A stretch of DNA of 64,000 nt from Schmidtea polychroa. Taxonomy: Eukaryota. Under the pieces are notes generated by a model that was not told the DNA's origin, made no database searches, and saw only the letters and a list, made by a program, of their open reading frames with translations. Where the stretch lies: assembly GCA_044892525.1 (NCBI GenBank), contig CM097885.1:238578001-238642000 (forward strand). Reading direction: 5' to 3'. A program made the position numbers and the translations under genes. This document shows positions 29,484 to 41,039 of the stretch, one piece after another; within the stretch, counting starts at the first letter, position 1, and every line of letters starts with the position of its first letter.

Positions 29484-31082
29484 ATGAATAAAGAATCACA
29501 AACCTATGTGGAAACCGAGATGCAACAACTCGAACAGTACAAATCCATCATACAAACATACGAAGCAGAAAGAGTAAAGAGAGAAATAGAAATGTACAAA
29601 ACCATGTATGAGAAAAAGCAACAAGAGTTAGAAGTGGAGAAGGCGGAAACACTAGCAGCAAAAGAGAAGTGGATGAAACAGGTAGAGGAATTAACCGAAG
29701 ATGTGAGAAATACATCAACATACCAAGAATTGGAGGAGGAGCTCTCGAACTTACGAACTCAGCGGATTATGGAGATAGTTGGGTTATGCGGAGAGATAAT
29801 AATGCAGAAGACACAAATTAGAGAAGCAAAGGAGCAATACGAGGAAGAACAGCGTAAAACGGAACGAATAAAACTACAAGCGCAACAATGGAAACGAAAA
29901 TACGAAACCCTCCAAACGAGGCAGAATGATAGTCACGAACATCAAATACGAGGGTATAAAGTAGAACTAGAAGAAGCAAAGAATCAATGTGCAATGATGA
30001 AAGAAAAATGGGAAAGATGCAAAAGGACCCTAAGCGAAGTCAGGGGACAAGGGAGGAGAACACCACGTAAAGAACCAATCGTTAAAGATAACGTATTAGA
30101 GCGAATTAACGCACAAATAAAGATACAAGCTCAGAAATGGAAGTATAAATATCTAGGAAGTCAAACCCAAGTGCTCTATTGGAAAATCAGTAGCAAGGAA
30201 CAACTGCGATTACGAAAAGCAGACCAAGAATTTTACGAAATAAGGGCTACACAGCGAGAAGAAGAGGAAGTAGAGTGGAGAAAACGACAGCAGAAATTTG
30301 AGGAAACCGAAGAGTGTCTCAAGCATCAAGCCCGAAAATGGAAAAAGAATTGGAAAGAGACCAAAGAGGAGTTAAGACAGTTACCAATGAAACTGATGGA
30401 AAGAGACGAATTTAAAATGTGGGAAACGATAGAAAACCAAAAAGATGAGATCAGCCGATTGAGTAGAGAACATAGAATCAAGACGCGGACCAGCGACGGT
30501 AGACGGAGAGTCATAAAGAAACAGACTCGAGAAATAAGAAGGTATGAATACCAGGAAAAGAGATGGGAACAACAATTGACAGACCAAGATCGACAGATCC
30601 GACAATTACAAACAGAGGTAGAGGAAGCTAATCAAGAGATGAACGGATATAAAGGTATGTACACCCAAAGGGATGTGAATTGGAAGCATCAGATTGCGCT
30701 TAATGCGAAATGTAGAGAGGAGTGCGATAAGGCAATTCAACAAGCCAAACAGGAAACCGAGATAATAAAACGATGCTTCGAAGAAAATGAAGCGAATCTG
30801 AGAGCAGAAATCGAGAAGTTGAAAATGCTTGAAAAAACCCAACGATTGGAAGAGGAATTGGATGAGATGATAGAAAACGAAAGTAGATTAACGTTTCTGT
30901 TGGATGAAGAAATAAACATCGCAACGGAATTGCGGGAGGAAGTAGAGCGGTTAAGAAGACAACCACCAATACTATTAATGCCACTCTACCCGTTCCCATT
31001 ACAAGTGCCACAGCCTGCCGAAGTCACAGCAGATGAAGGCTTCGAAGAAAATAACGAACAAAATAACGCAACATGGATTTAG
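29484..31082 (+). CDS. Accessory long coiled-coil protein, 532 aa
   Basis: E/K/Q/R-rich heptads with recurring QAxxWKxK(Y/W) and a Pro-rich C-terminal patch; no family recognised. Confidence 0.8.
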   Translation: MNKESQTYVETEMQQLEQYKSIIQTYEAERVKREIEMYKTMYEKKQQELEVEKAETLAAKEKWMKQVEELTEDVRNTSTYQELEEELSNLRTQRIMEIVGLCGEIIMQKTQIREAKEQYEEEQRKTERIKLQAQQWKRKYETLQTRQNDSHEHQIRGYKVELEEAKNQCAMMKEKWERCKRTLSEVRGQGRRTPRKEPIVKDNVLERINAQIKIQAQKWKYKYLGSQTQVLYWKISSKEQLRLRKADQEFYEIRATQREEEEVEWRKRQQKFEETEECLKHQARKWKKNWKETKEELRQLPMKLMERDEFKMWETIENQKDEISRLSREHRIKTRTSDGRRRVIKKQTREIRRYEYQEKRWEQQLTDQDRQIRQLQTEVEEANQEMNGYKGMYTQRDVNWKHQIALNAKCREECDKAIQQAKQETEIIKRCFEENEANLRAEIEKLKMLEKTQRLEEELDEMIENESRLTFLLDEEINIATELREEVERLRRQPPILLMPLYPFPLQVPQPAEVTADEGFEENNEQNNATWI

Positions 31083-31226
31083 TCGGAGAGAGGTTGCCTG
31101 TAAATAAAAAAAAAAAAAAAAAAAAAAATCATAAAGCCAAAACCAAATAAAAATTACAAATTACAAAACCAAAAATTCAAAATAAAAGGGAGACGAAAGG
31201 AAAAATGATGTGTATATTTTGTAGAT

Positions 31227-31994
31227 ATGAATTATTTAAAAGACAGAGAATCAACGAGTAACGCAAGAAAATCAATTGACCAACCTGAACAAAGCCAGAA
31301 TACGATACCAATCAAACAAGAACCGATGAAATATTATAGTAATAAATGGAGAGTCAGCAAGAAGTTGTTCAAAACAAAAATCGCAAATCAAAATGTAGAG
31401 ATTACGAGATTGAGACAGCATATTGTTCAATCAAGACGATTAATAAACACTGTCAAGCAGGAAATTTTGAGGGAAATAAATGAATCGAAACTAAAAGAGA
31501 CGGAAAATAAAAACCTGAGACAAGAGATAGTAGAGTTGAGAGCTCAGGCAGTAATCGAAGACTATTGGAAATCAGAAACAAGGAAGTTGAAAAAGATTGT
31601 GAATATCGACCAAGTGTATATCGAACAATTGGAAGCACAATACGCTTATGCAAAAGCGAGAATGCGGGAAAGTAAAAGGGTCGACAAGAGAAACGCAAGA
31701 CTCAAGGAGGAGATCAAGGAACAAAGAGAGGAAACAGAAAAACAATGGAAGTTGAAAGAGAATTATCGAAGAATTTTAAATCAAAAACGACGAAGCATGC
31801 AAGCACTGCAGACGACAATGACCATCAGACAGAGAAAATGGAAAAGTGAAGAGAAGCGATTACAAGAAATACCAGAATTAAAGAGACAGTTGATGGCAAC
31901 GCAACTCGAAGTAATAAGGATGAACGAGTTGAGTAAAAGACGAGCACCTGAACCTCCCGTAAAATTAAGGGATGAGGTCGGTGGCTCCCAATAA
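31227..31994 (+). CDS. Accessory basic coiled-coil protein, 255 aa
   Basis: Intact ORF with coiled-coil composition; AG 2 nt before the ATG. Confidence 0.75.
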   Translation: MNYLKDRESTSNARKSIDQPEQSQNTIPIKQEPMKYYSNKWRVSKKLFKTKIANQNVEITRLRQHIVQSRRLINTVKQEILREINESKLKETENKNLRQEIVELRAQAVIEDYWKSETRKLKKIVNIDQVYIEQLEAQYAYAKARMRESKRVDKRNARLKEEIKEQREETEKQWKLKENYRRILNQKRRSMQALQTTMTIRQRKWKSEEKRLQEIPELKRQLMATQLEVIRMNELSKRRAPEPPVKLRDEVGGSQ

Positions 31995-32070
31995 ATGAGA
32001 TAAAATAACTGTGTAAATAAATTGTAAATAAAGCCAAGTAATTATTATTAACGTATATGTATATGTAAAG

Positions 32071-33057
32071 ATGAGAAGCCTAACCGTGGTGATAATTATA
32101 ATGACAATGCCCAGAATCCTGCAAGCTGAAGAATCAATGATCAGATGCCAGAAAGAATACCCATATCGCAGAGAAGATAGCACCTGTAGTAGCTTTAAAT
32201 CAATCTGTGAAAAACCCAATGAAGAATGCGAACAAATCAAGTTGCAATGTTCGCAATGTCCACAAACAACTGGAAGTTCGACGGAAATGCAAATGGCTCA
32301 GACAATGAAAACAATATTAGAACAAGAAATGAAAGTTATCAGAACCCAGATAGCAACATTAGCCAAACAATTCCAAAGCCAGAAATCAAAGAAAGAAACC
32401 CAAACGGATCCGGCCGCAATGAGAATGATGGTAATAATATTAGAGGAAATAAAACAACAGGTAACAGCAACCGCCAATGGACGTTCAAGCAATTGCGAAA
32501 TAGTAGTAAAATCTTTAGAGGAAATGAAAGGGAAAATAACTTCCATCATCAAAGAGGAACCCAGCATTAAAAATGAGGTAACGAAAACATTGAAAGAAAT
32601 GACAAAAGAAGTCCTAACTACCATAAACAAAAACCCAATGAACTCCGAGAAGATGATTAAAACCCTGGAGGAAATAAAGAAAGTTGTCAACTCGGAAGAA
32701 AACAAATTCAACAAACCCGAAAAATCAGAAATTACAGATACAACCCAATTGGGAGAAATGATAAACAAACCCAGAGTAGTAGAACTAAGAGAATCTGAAC
32801 CCCTCACAATATTGATCCTATTAGCGGCAAGCCTAATGATAAACATTACCGTACTGAGCCTGATTGCACTCAAACCCAATTCCAGTAAAGCAAGAAACAA
32901 AATCCTCAAACTAAAAGAACAATCAAAGAGTATTCGTATCCCAATGGAAGAACAGCTAATCCAAACAACGAACCAACCAAGATACTTCAAATCTTCCCCA
33001 AACATCGAAACCAGAGCCGTCATCGAGACGAGATCCCGAACAACAGAATTCTATTAG
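32071..33057 (+). CDS. Accessory type I membrane protein, 328 aa
   Basis: Signal peptide MRSLTVVIIIMTMPRILQA, 6-Cys N-terminal domain, repeated LxE(M/I)xx helices, TM LTILILLAASLMINITVLSLIAL. Confidence 0.8.
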   Translation: MRSLTVVIIIMTMPRILQAEESMIRCQKEYPYRREDSTCSSFKSICEKPNEECEQIKLQCSQCPQTTGSSTEMQMAQTMKTILEQEMKVIRTQIATLAKQFQSQKSKKETQTDPAAMRMMVIILEEIKQQVTATANGRSSNCEIVVKSLEEMKGKITSIIKEEPSIKNEVTKTLKEMTKEVLTTINKNPMNSEKMIKTLEEIKKVVNSEENKFNKPEKSEITDTTQLGEMINKPRVVELRESEPLTILILLAASLMINITVLSLIALKPNSSKARNKILKLKEQSKSIRIPMEEQLIQTTNQPRYFKSSPNIETRAVIETRSRTTEFY

Positions 33058-36000
33058 TGTGACATCATGACAGTAAAAACATTTCACGACATTATAAACG
33101 ATAAATCATCCTGATCGAACAATTGATTTCAAAGACTGAGACTACGATTAATGACACTGATTCTTGAGCATGATAATTTTATTTTTATGTGGGCCGACCT
33201 CGGTCGTTCTTTTCCTTCCTCTTTCAACCCATCTGTAAAATGTAGTGTAATAGTAGCATTTTTATGTATGTGGGTATTGAGGTCACGACCCTGTAGCTCG
33301 TGGACCCAATTTGCATGTAGGCACTTGTAATATAGTGCAAGTATTCTGAAAATTAATCTTATTCATCTTTGGATTTAAATTGCGGGTCGCAATTTTATGG
33401 GCCCCCGAGTGTTTTATGTTGGGCTAGAACTGATTTCTAGACCCAAACTACTAATTGTGACTGAAACGTGCAGGTACACAACATGTAAAAAGCAAAAAGT
33501 ATAGTTAAATATTAAAACCTACACCAAATAAACAATATTAACTAAAGGAGAAAGCAACAAAAACATAAACAAAGAAATTAAATAAAATTATACAGAAGCA
33601 AGAAGTGATGCAAAAATCTAACTCAAAAATAACCAAACAAACATAGAATTACCAAAAGCAAACTCGAATAACTTAAAAGACGATAAAAATAGTAAAACAT
33701 TCCAGAAAAACCCAGAACATTCTATAAAATGGCGATGACCATCACAAAAGTCATCTAGAACAACAAAAGTTAAGGAAAATAAATAAATTAGTATTAAAAA
33801 TAAAAAATCTCAAAAAAGAAATTCATAAAAACATTAGTTAAAATAAAAATTAAATTAAAAGTAAAATAGAATGTTCTGGAACCGTTCCAAATCCATCATG
33901 GACGTCAAATTAACAAAAAATAATTAAAAAATAAAAATATAAAAATAAAAACAAAAATTATGGCACAAAAATCGCCATTAAAAATAGCAAAATAGTAAAA
34001 TAGAAAATTCTGGAATAAAAAGAATTCGAGTTTGTTTTACTGCATCAATACATACACGTGTACAAAATAGGTATATATACTGACACGTTTCAGGCACAAA
34101 AAATCATCATTATTTTGTTTATGCCAATATTTTATTAGAAATTTTCCGAAAATTATTAGTAAGTAGATTTTTCTTTTGTTATTCGATGTTATCATGATTA
34201 ATGTAACTATTTTAATGTAGATTAATATCCATAAGATCAATTTCTTTTTATTTTTTATCTTTTATTAAAAATTTTTGTTTGAATACGACTGATCAGCGGC
34301 GTCTCAGTGCGTCTCTGTTCAGTCCTGCATTTGATATTAACAATTTTTGAAACATGCAGACATGCCATATTCTATATATATATTTTTTTGTTTGGTCATC
34401 GGAGGTCGGCCACTTCATGGTTCTACCATGGAGTTGTGTCGATAAAACCCCTCCGCTATGGCTCTATATGCTTTATTTATCGGTCGACAGTGATGTTTCG
34501 ACTCAACACAACAGTAGGGCTTGTCGTAGCGGTCACAGTGGGGCCGTGTAAGCAAGCATTCTTCCCGAGTACAAGCAAACATATTTAATTTCAACATTAA
34601 AAATCGTAGACAATAGGGTACACTAAGGTTGTAATCGAGTAGATCTCAGACCCAAATTGAACACAGCAATTACAATTCAGCTAATGTAGTCGGTTAAGAC
34701 CTCTCCACTTACACGTTTGTCGAACCTCATTGAGAAATAATTTTTCGTATCAGTGTAACTGTCTCTCTCGAAATTGACCGTAATGATGCTCACGAAGGAG
34801 TTCGACAAGCGTGAATCGTAAAATGAACTATATACTCTCCTGTTACACTTAAACATCAGGCTATAAATGTATAATGTTCCTAAACTATAGAATATATGTT
34901 AGAATTGCTAAATACTTAGAATTCCTAAATGGTAAAACATAACTTACTACTGTACTTAGAATTATATGTGATAAATACGTAATACCTCTAAATTACAAAT
35001 ATGAGTTAATATTGTCTTCAAAAATATAATTTATAAAAGTTAAATTGTCAAATACCTCTTAATACTATGCCTGAAAATAATGCGGAATATTCATAAATTA
35101 TAAAATTTTACTTTATACTATCCTCAAAATTATAATCTATAAATGTGTAAAACATAATTTATAAATATGAAATTATAATATACATGCTTGAAAAGCAATT
35201 TTAAAAATGTGTAATATTCCTAAATTATAAAATTTTACCCTATATTATTCTTAAAATTATAACTTATACCTGTGTAAAAATATAATTTATAAATGTCAAA
35301 TTGTAAAATATAACCTAGTACTATGCTTGGAGGTATAATTTATTATAAAATATAACCTATTTCTATACTTAAAAATATAAGTTAAAAAGGTACGTAAATA
35401 ATTTTTATTGTACCAAAAAATATGATTTATAAATATGTAATATTACTAAATCATAAGATTGTATTGCTTGTGGTTCGTAAATCTTACCTTGAGATTATCA
35501 GTAGCAAACTAAAATGTAAACTCATACTACGTATAAATTATAAAATATATCTTAGTATTTTCTGTATAAAAGTATAAAGTCATGCTACTCATAAAGTACA
35601 AATTATGTCTTAGAATTATACACAAAAATATAAACTATAGGTTTATATTGCCCATCAATTATAGAATGTAACGTATGCATAGAATGTAAATTACAAACTA
35701 TAAGGTATGATTTTGGTCATAAGTTATAATTTCGGTATCCATAAATACAAATTATAAATTCCAAAGAATAGAAACTATAACTAGCTATATATAGCTCATG
35801 AGTCCGTAAAGTGTAAATTGCAAGGCTGAAGTGTGGATTATGGAATAATTATATAAAGTATAAACCGTAAACTATTTGTATAAAAGTATAAGCTAATTAT
35901 ATATCTAAATTACAAACTTATAAACACAATGGTAAATCTAAATCACAAACTGTAAGCTTAAATTATATATATGAAGTATAAACCGTAGATTATTTTTATA

Positions 36001-37123
36001 AAAGTATAATCTAATTATATGTCTAAATTATAAAATTATATATCAAAATTATCTATCTAAAAATTATATATCTAAATTACACCTCTAAATTATATATCTA
36101 AATTATATAAACTTATAAAATACAATCGTAAATTTAGATTACCAATTATAAACTATGATTTCATACTCCATATAAGGTAAAGGACCAAATTCTGAATTCT
36201 AAGTTTATATTTCGTATATAATTGATAAATGACGAATGCATAAAATGTACAGTTGCGTATGCGAAATTAGCTAGGTTATAAATAACCCCTACGCCAAAAT
36301 CATGGAGTACAATGACAAACATAAAGGAGAAGCACGCCGACCTCTAGATCGGAAACCGCAGTGAAGCTTGACGGTAATTTAATTAAAACTAATTTAACAT
36401 CCAGTCGAAAGAGAGAATAATATTTAACATTTATTTTACAACATCAAGGTTCTAGTGGGCTGAACCAGGATTGCCGAGAGAAGTTCATTGTGGGCTGGAG
36501 TCTTGCATACTCCAGCTGTTCCCGCTCGTTGCTGGGAATTGCCAATAGGATTGACAGTTGCGGATAATTCCTGAACTTTACGAATTTACTAATTTTAAAT
36601 TTACAGTCTAACTTACTTCGAAGGATCCAGATGAATTGCAACACAGAAGGGAATGAATCTAAAAATCTAATATACCAAAATAAACTAAATGTATCAGGAA
36701 AAAGTTTTTTTTTTTATATTTAAAAGCCTTATAATTAAATGTATTTAAAATTTACTATTCAAAACCATTGTAGTTTACTTTAAATTTGACCTTATCATGA
36801 TTGTTACGATAAAACACCGTAAAATATGCTAGGGAGAATTAATCGAGGTGATTAATTGGAAATTTCCGCGTAAGTTAAATTTTAATGTATAGTGGAAGAC
36901 TTGAATTTTAATTTAAGCAAAAGTTGAGGGTACCCTTTTAAGTACAACTTAAGTTAATCTGATTAATTGTTTAAATTATGAACATTTGGAGTTTGCTTCG
37001 TATTGTAAGCCAAATTTTTTTTTATTGTGTGTGGTTTCATATTAGCCCGAGAGCGTTGTAGCAGAGATAAACGTTCTCGTTTGAATTGTGATAACCTTAT
37101 TAATCCTTACTACCCAAATAGAT

Positions 37124-37489
37124 ATGTCACACTCAGACGACTCCAACGATGATGAAGGCTACAGACAAATGATCACCCGGCTCCGGTCCCGGTACATCTG
37201 GCATCACATCCATCGGTGGAGCCAGGGACGGGACTTAGATTGTTCCAACCAAGTAATCCGGACGGGCCCCGAAGTAGATGCCCCGGCGTGGGTAAAAGTA
37301 GAACCCACCAACAACGTGCTCCGGGAAGCCCGCGATCGAGCGGCCGACGAGGTGGTAGAGGCCCAGAAGCGGCTGAGGAGACTCGAGCTCCAACTCAAGG
37401 CCGACACGTTGGGGATAGCTCTTGAAGAGCTGGAGGAGACCGATGCCCCTCCACGAAAACGGGGGAGGCCCCGCAAGAACCCGGCCTAA
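37124..37489 (+). CDS. LTR-encoded protein A, 3' LTR copy
   Basis: Identical to 6446-6811 except one V-to-I change. Confidence 0.75.
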   Translation: MSHSDDSNDDEGYRQMITRLRSRYIWHHIHRWSQGRDLDCSNQVIRTGPEVDAPAWVKVEPTNNVLREARDRAADEVVEAQKRLRRLELQLKADTLGIALEELEETDAPPRKRGRPRKNPA

Positions 37490-37778
37490 CTTATCGACAA
37501 TCGCGGCCTGAATAAAACGATTTTTACTGACCTGATTTAGTGATATTTTAGTAACCTAACGAATTGTATTTCTCTTTTGTTTATCAAACATAATCTATCG
37601 TGTAGTGATGCAATAAATTATATTTTATTTATTTATACTTTGGGCTTTATAGCTAATGGGGCGTATTCATAATTGAGGTGACCCTTTTCTCATCACCCAC
37701 TTATAAATTCCATGCATGTACTCTAACCAACTTTGCGCACCAGAAGGCGAATGAGGGGATTTATTATTATTTTCTTCA

Positions 37779-38213
37779 GTGTACCAGTTATTGGAAAACC
37801 TACGAAAGGACCGCGAACAGGCCCAGCAACAATCCGAGGGTCTCCGAGGTCGGGTCGAAAAACTCAAGCTGAAGTATCGAGAACTCCAGGGTACCTGGTT
37901 CAGCCCGGCCGACATGAAAAAACAAACTACGCGCATCTCACAACTCCAGACCCAGGCGGAGCAAGATCAGCTCGAGATCCGAGCGCTGAAGCTACAAGTG
38001 CGCTCGCTCGAGAGTAAATTGAACGAAAGATTTGTCCAGGACACCCTTTGCGAGCAGATTCGTCCACTTTCCGTAGAGTTGGCCCGGATATACCCACCGG
38101 CCCAGACGAACAAGCCGAAACGCAAACGGTTAGGGCGGAACACCCGAGAGAAATTGAAAAGGGCCTGGCTGGCCGAGCAGGAGAAAGGGAAAGAGCCGGA
38201 AGTCAATCCATGA
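37779..38213 (+). CDS. LTR-encoded protein B, 3' LTR copy
   Basis: Identical to 7101-7535 except one R-to-G change and one silent change. Confidence 0.65.
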   Translation: MYQLLENLRKDREQAQQQSEGLRGRVEKLKLKYRELQGTWFSPADMKKQTTRISQLQTQAEQDQLEIRALKLQVRSLESKLNERFVQDTLCEQIRPLSVELARIYPPAQTNKPKRKRLGRNTREKLKRAWLAEQEKGKEPEVNP

Positions 38214-38591
38214 TCTTGGGAGGCGTTCGAGAGTGCGTGAACAATCTGTGTAATATGGTGGTGGCTTAATAAATGAGTCTTGTTATTTAATGAGTATGAG
38301 AGTGAACTTTGCTGTTGTCTAAAACAGGATGGTTGGCGGGAAGGCGCTTGGAAAAACAATCTCGATGAGGGACCGAAATAAATCGGACACGTGCCTTCTA
38401 TCGGCGTCCGTGAACCCATAGAGTGCTCGACAATTACAGTGCTTGGCGCGCTCACTTTTTGCGAGTACTCAACCCCTTGGTACAGTACCAACGTTGATTG
38501 CTCAACGGGTACCAAGAGGAAAACAATGTTGTATTCTGGGTTACGCTGGTAACAGCACTTAAACATTCAACCACCAGTAACCCACCATAAT

Positions 38592-39817
38592 GAATGGAAA
38601 TTCACCTTTTCCTGAAAAGTTTACTAAGTAATTTATACCCGTGTGCTCCGACTAGTGTTTCTATTTCAGGTTTAAAATCGTTTTCAGTTGTAAACTTTCT
38701 GTTCGAATATTTAAAAATAAGCATCTCCACAATCTACTAAAATAGCCACAGCGAGTGACCAGAACCTAAAAAAGGGAACAATTCCTGCTTACTTGTACCT
38801 GAAAAATTAGTGAAAATAAATGTAACAATATAAATTACCAAACTGAACGAGTAGAAATGTGGATCGTGCCGCTGATGACTGCCACAACTGAGGAAGAAGC
38901 AAGCATTTCGAAAACAAAGTTCGATGCTAGTGCTTCTTTCTCAGCGAGGTCGCATACAGTGGCAATTTCATAAATGATTACTTAAAAAATTTAAATCCTA
39001 AATAAATATAAAAATTTGAATTCACCGCTTTGGGGTGATAAGTAAACGACTGTTACGTCATCATTTAAAACAAATATTTAATATTATAACTTAATTCATT
39101 AATTTAAGTTAAAGATTTATTACTTTAATTTATTATAAAATTTTAATTTTTCACTAACTTAATTTATTAATTCGGGTTAAAGATTTATTACTTTAATTTA
39201 TTATAAAATTTTAATTTTTCCGATGGAATATTAGTTTCAGGCTAAATTAATATAAGATTAAAAATTTAGACCAGTTGCAAGTTTTCGTGGAATGGTGTGA
39301 TAAGGCGGTCTAAGTAGCTTGTCGGGATAGGTTGACAGAGTGGACCAGACGCGATGAGCATTTAAACCATAATTAAGTAGGGCAATGGACAACTTTAGGT
39401 AACGAATCTCATTTAGATGTCAGACGCAAGGAGATCCAACAAAGACGGAAAAGTTAACCCATCTTCAGGGAAGGTAGGACAGATTGACCCATGAATAATG
39501 ATGATTTATACGAATAGTGGGGTGAGCTGACACCGTGGAAGAATACGAGACACGTTAACAGGTTATCGAGAGCACTATCCGACGACAGGGACCATGTAAA
39601 GCGGAGATAAACCTTCTAACGGTAGTCCGTGAAACCAAAGGAGTGCTCGACAATTACAGTGCAAGTAGTGCGCTCACTTTTTGCGAGCACTCGCCCTCTT
39701 GATACAGAACCAACGTTGATCGCTCAACGGGTATCAAGCGTTAAAACGATGTTGTATTCTGGGTTACGCTGGAAACAGCACCAAAGAGCAAAATATTTTA
39801 TCATCAGTAACCCACCA
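38592..39817 (+). mobile_element. Right part of an older related LTR (ends GTAACCCACCA)
   Basis: 39612-39817 aligns by eye with the last ~200 bp of the giant LTRs; no PBS follows (flank is CATG). Confidence 0.8.
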
Positions 39818-40472
39818 CATGATATGGCTTTTCTTAATAATTTATTAACCTTTTCCGCGTGGCTCCATTGATCAATTTGTAAGGAAATAGTCATGGGAAT
39901 TTGTCAAATTAACATAATAATAATTAGAGCATTCGTTATGGTGATCATTCAAATTTAAAATATTTTTTTATCAAATTAATGAGCAATTAGAAAGGTGTTG
40001 TTCATTTTATAATTTATCATTTTTCTTACTGACGAATGTTGGAAGTCCTCAAGGTAGCCAATCAGAATGTTAAAATTCCGCATGCTAGCCAATCAGAAAA
40101 CAAATGCAAACCAATCTCAAATTTTCCATGTAAGCCTGCGCAGAACATAAAAAATTAGGCACATAAGTGCCACTTTAATAAAAACCTCGCTATCTGGACA
40201 CCTGTCCAGATAGCGGCAAATAACAAAATTAAATTAAAAGGCACAAAGTACCGATACAAACATAAATGTTCAAAATTTTATCTCAATTTTGACGAATCTC
40301 AATATGTAAAAAAATCCGCTGGAAATAAATAATTTTATATTTTTGTTAAGATAAATAAAATTTGAAAATTTTCCTGTGCAAATGCAACTTCAAATTTATC
40401 ACTTTTTGACATTTCAATCGAAATTAATTGATAAAGAAAAATATTTTCCTCGAAGAGGAATTTTTTAATTAA

Positions 40473-40473
<1 letters not shown>

Positions 40474-40530
<57 letters not shown>

Positions 40531-40681
40531 GTTATATTATTATTATCATTATTATATTATTATTACCTTTATAATCAGTATTATTATTTATTATTATTAT
40601 TATTGGTATTATTATTATTGTTACGATTACAATTATTATTATCATTATTATTATTATTATAATTATTATTCGAACTATTAC

Positions 40682-40738
<57 letters not shown>

Positions 40739-40935
40739 CATTATTATTATTATTGTTATTATTATAATTATAATTATTATTATTGTTGTTGTTATTGTCA
40801 CTAAATGATATTATTATAATTGTTGTTATATTATGTTATTATTACATTATATTATTATTATTAGTATTATTACCATTATTATTATTATCATTATTATTGT
40901 TGTTGTTATTATTGTTATTATTATTGTTATTGTTG
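40474..40935. repeat. (TAT)n / (TGT)n microsatellite
   Basis: Long imperfect trinucleotide run; source of the poly-Y and poly-I ORFs. Confidence 0.95.
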
Positions 40936-41039
40936 GTATTTTTTTTTGGGTTTTAAAGTGAAAACGACAAATGATGAATTGTTTAATTTACAAAATCTTA
41001 ATTTATTTTGAGGACGAAATTTTTTAAAAGGGGGAGATA

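Larger units (their letters stand above)
2739..38587 (+). mobile_element. Giant (35,849 bp) Ty3/Gypsy (Metaviridae-like) LTR retroelement with env-like and many accessory genes; Burro-like
   Basis: Two 5,171-bp direct repeats at offset 30,678, TG...CA termini, 4-bp TSD, tRNA-Pro PBS, Gag, and PR-RT-RH-IN order. Confidence 0.96.
33417..38587 (+). repeat. 3' LTR (5,171 bp)
   Basis: Direct repeat of 2739-7909, followed by TSD TAAT. Confidence 0.96.

Noticed and set aside
2739..38587. Polinton, DIRS or endogenous DNA-virus interpretation
   Set aside because: Direct LTRs, PBS, 4-bp TSD, RT and DDE integrase in Gypsy order; no DNA polymerase B, tyrosine recombinase or DNA-virus capsid seen.
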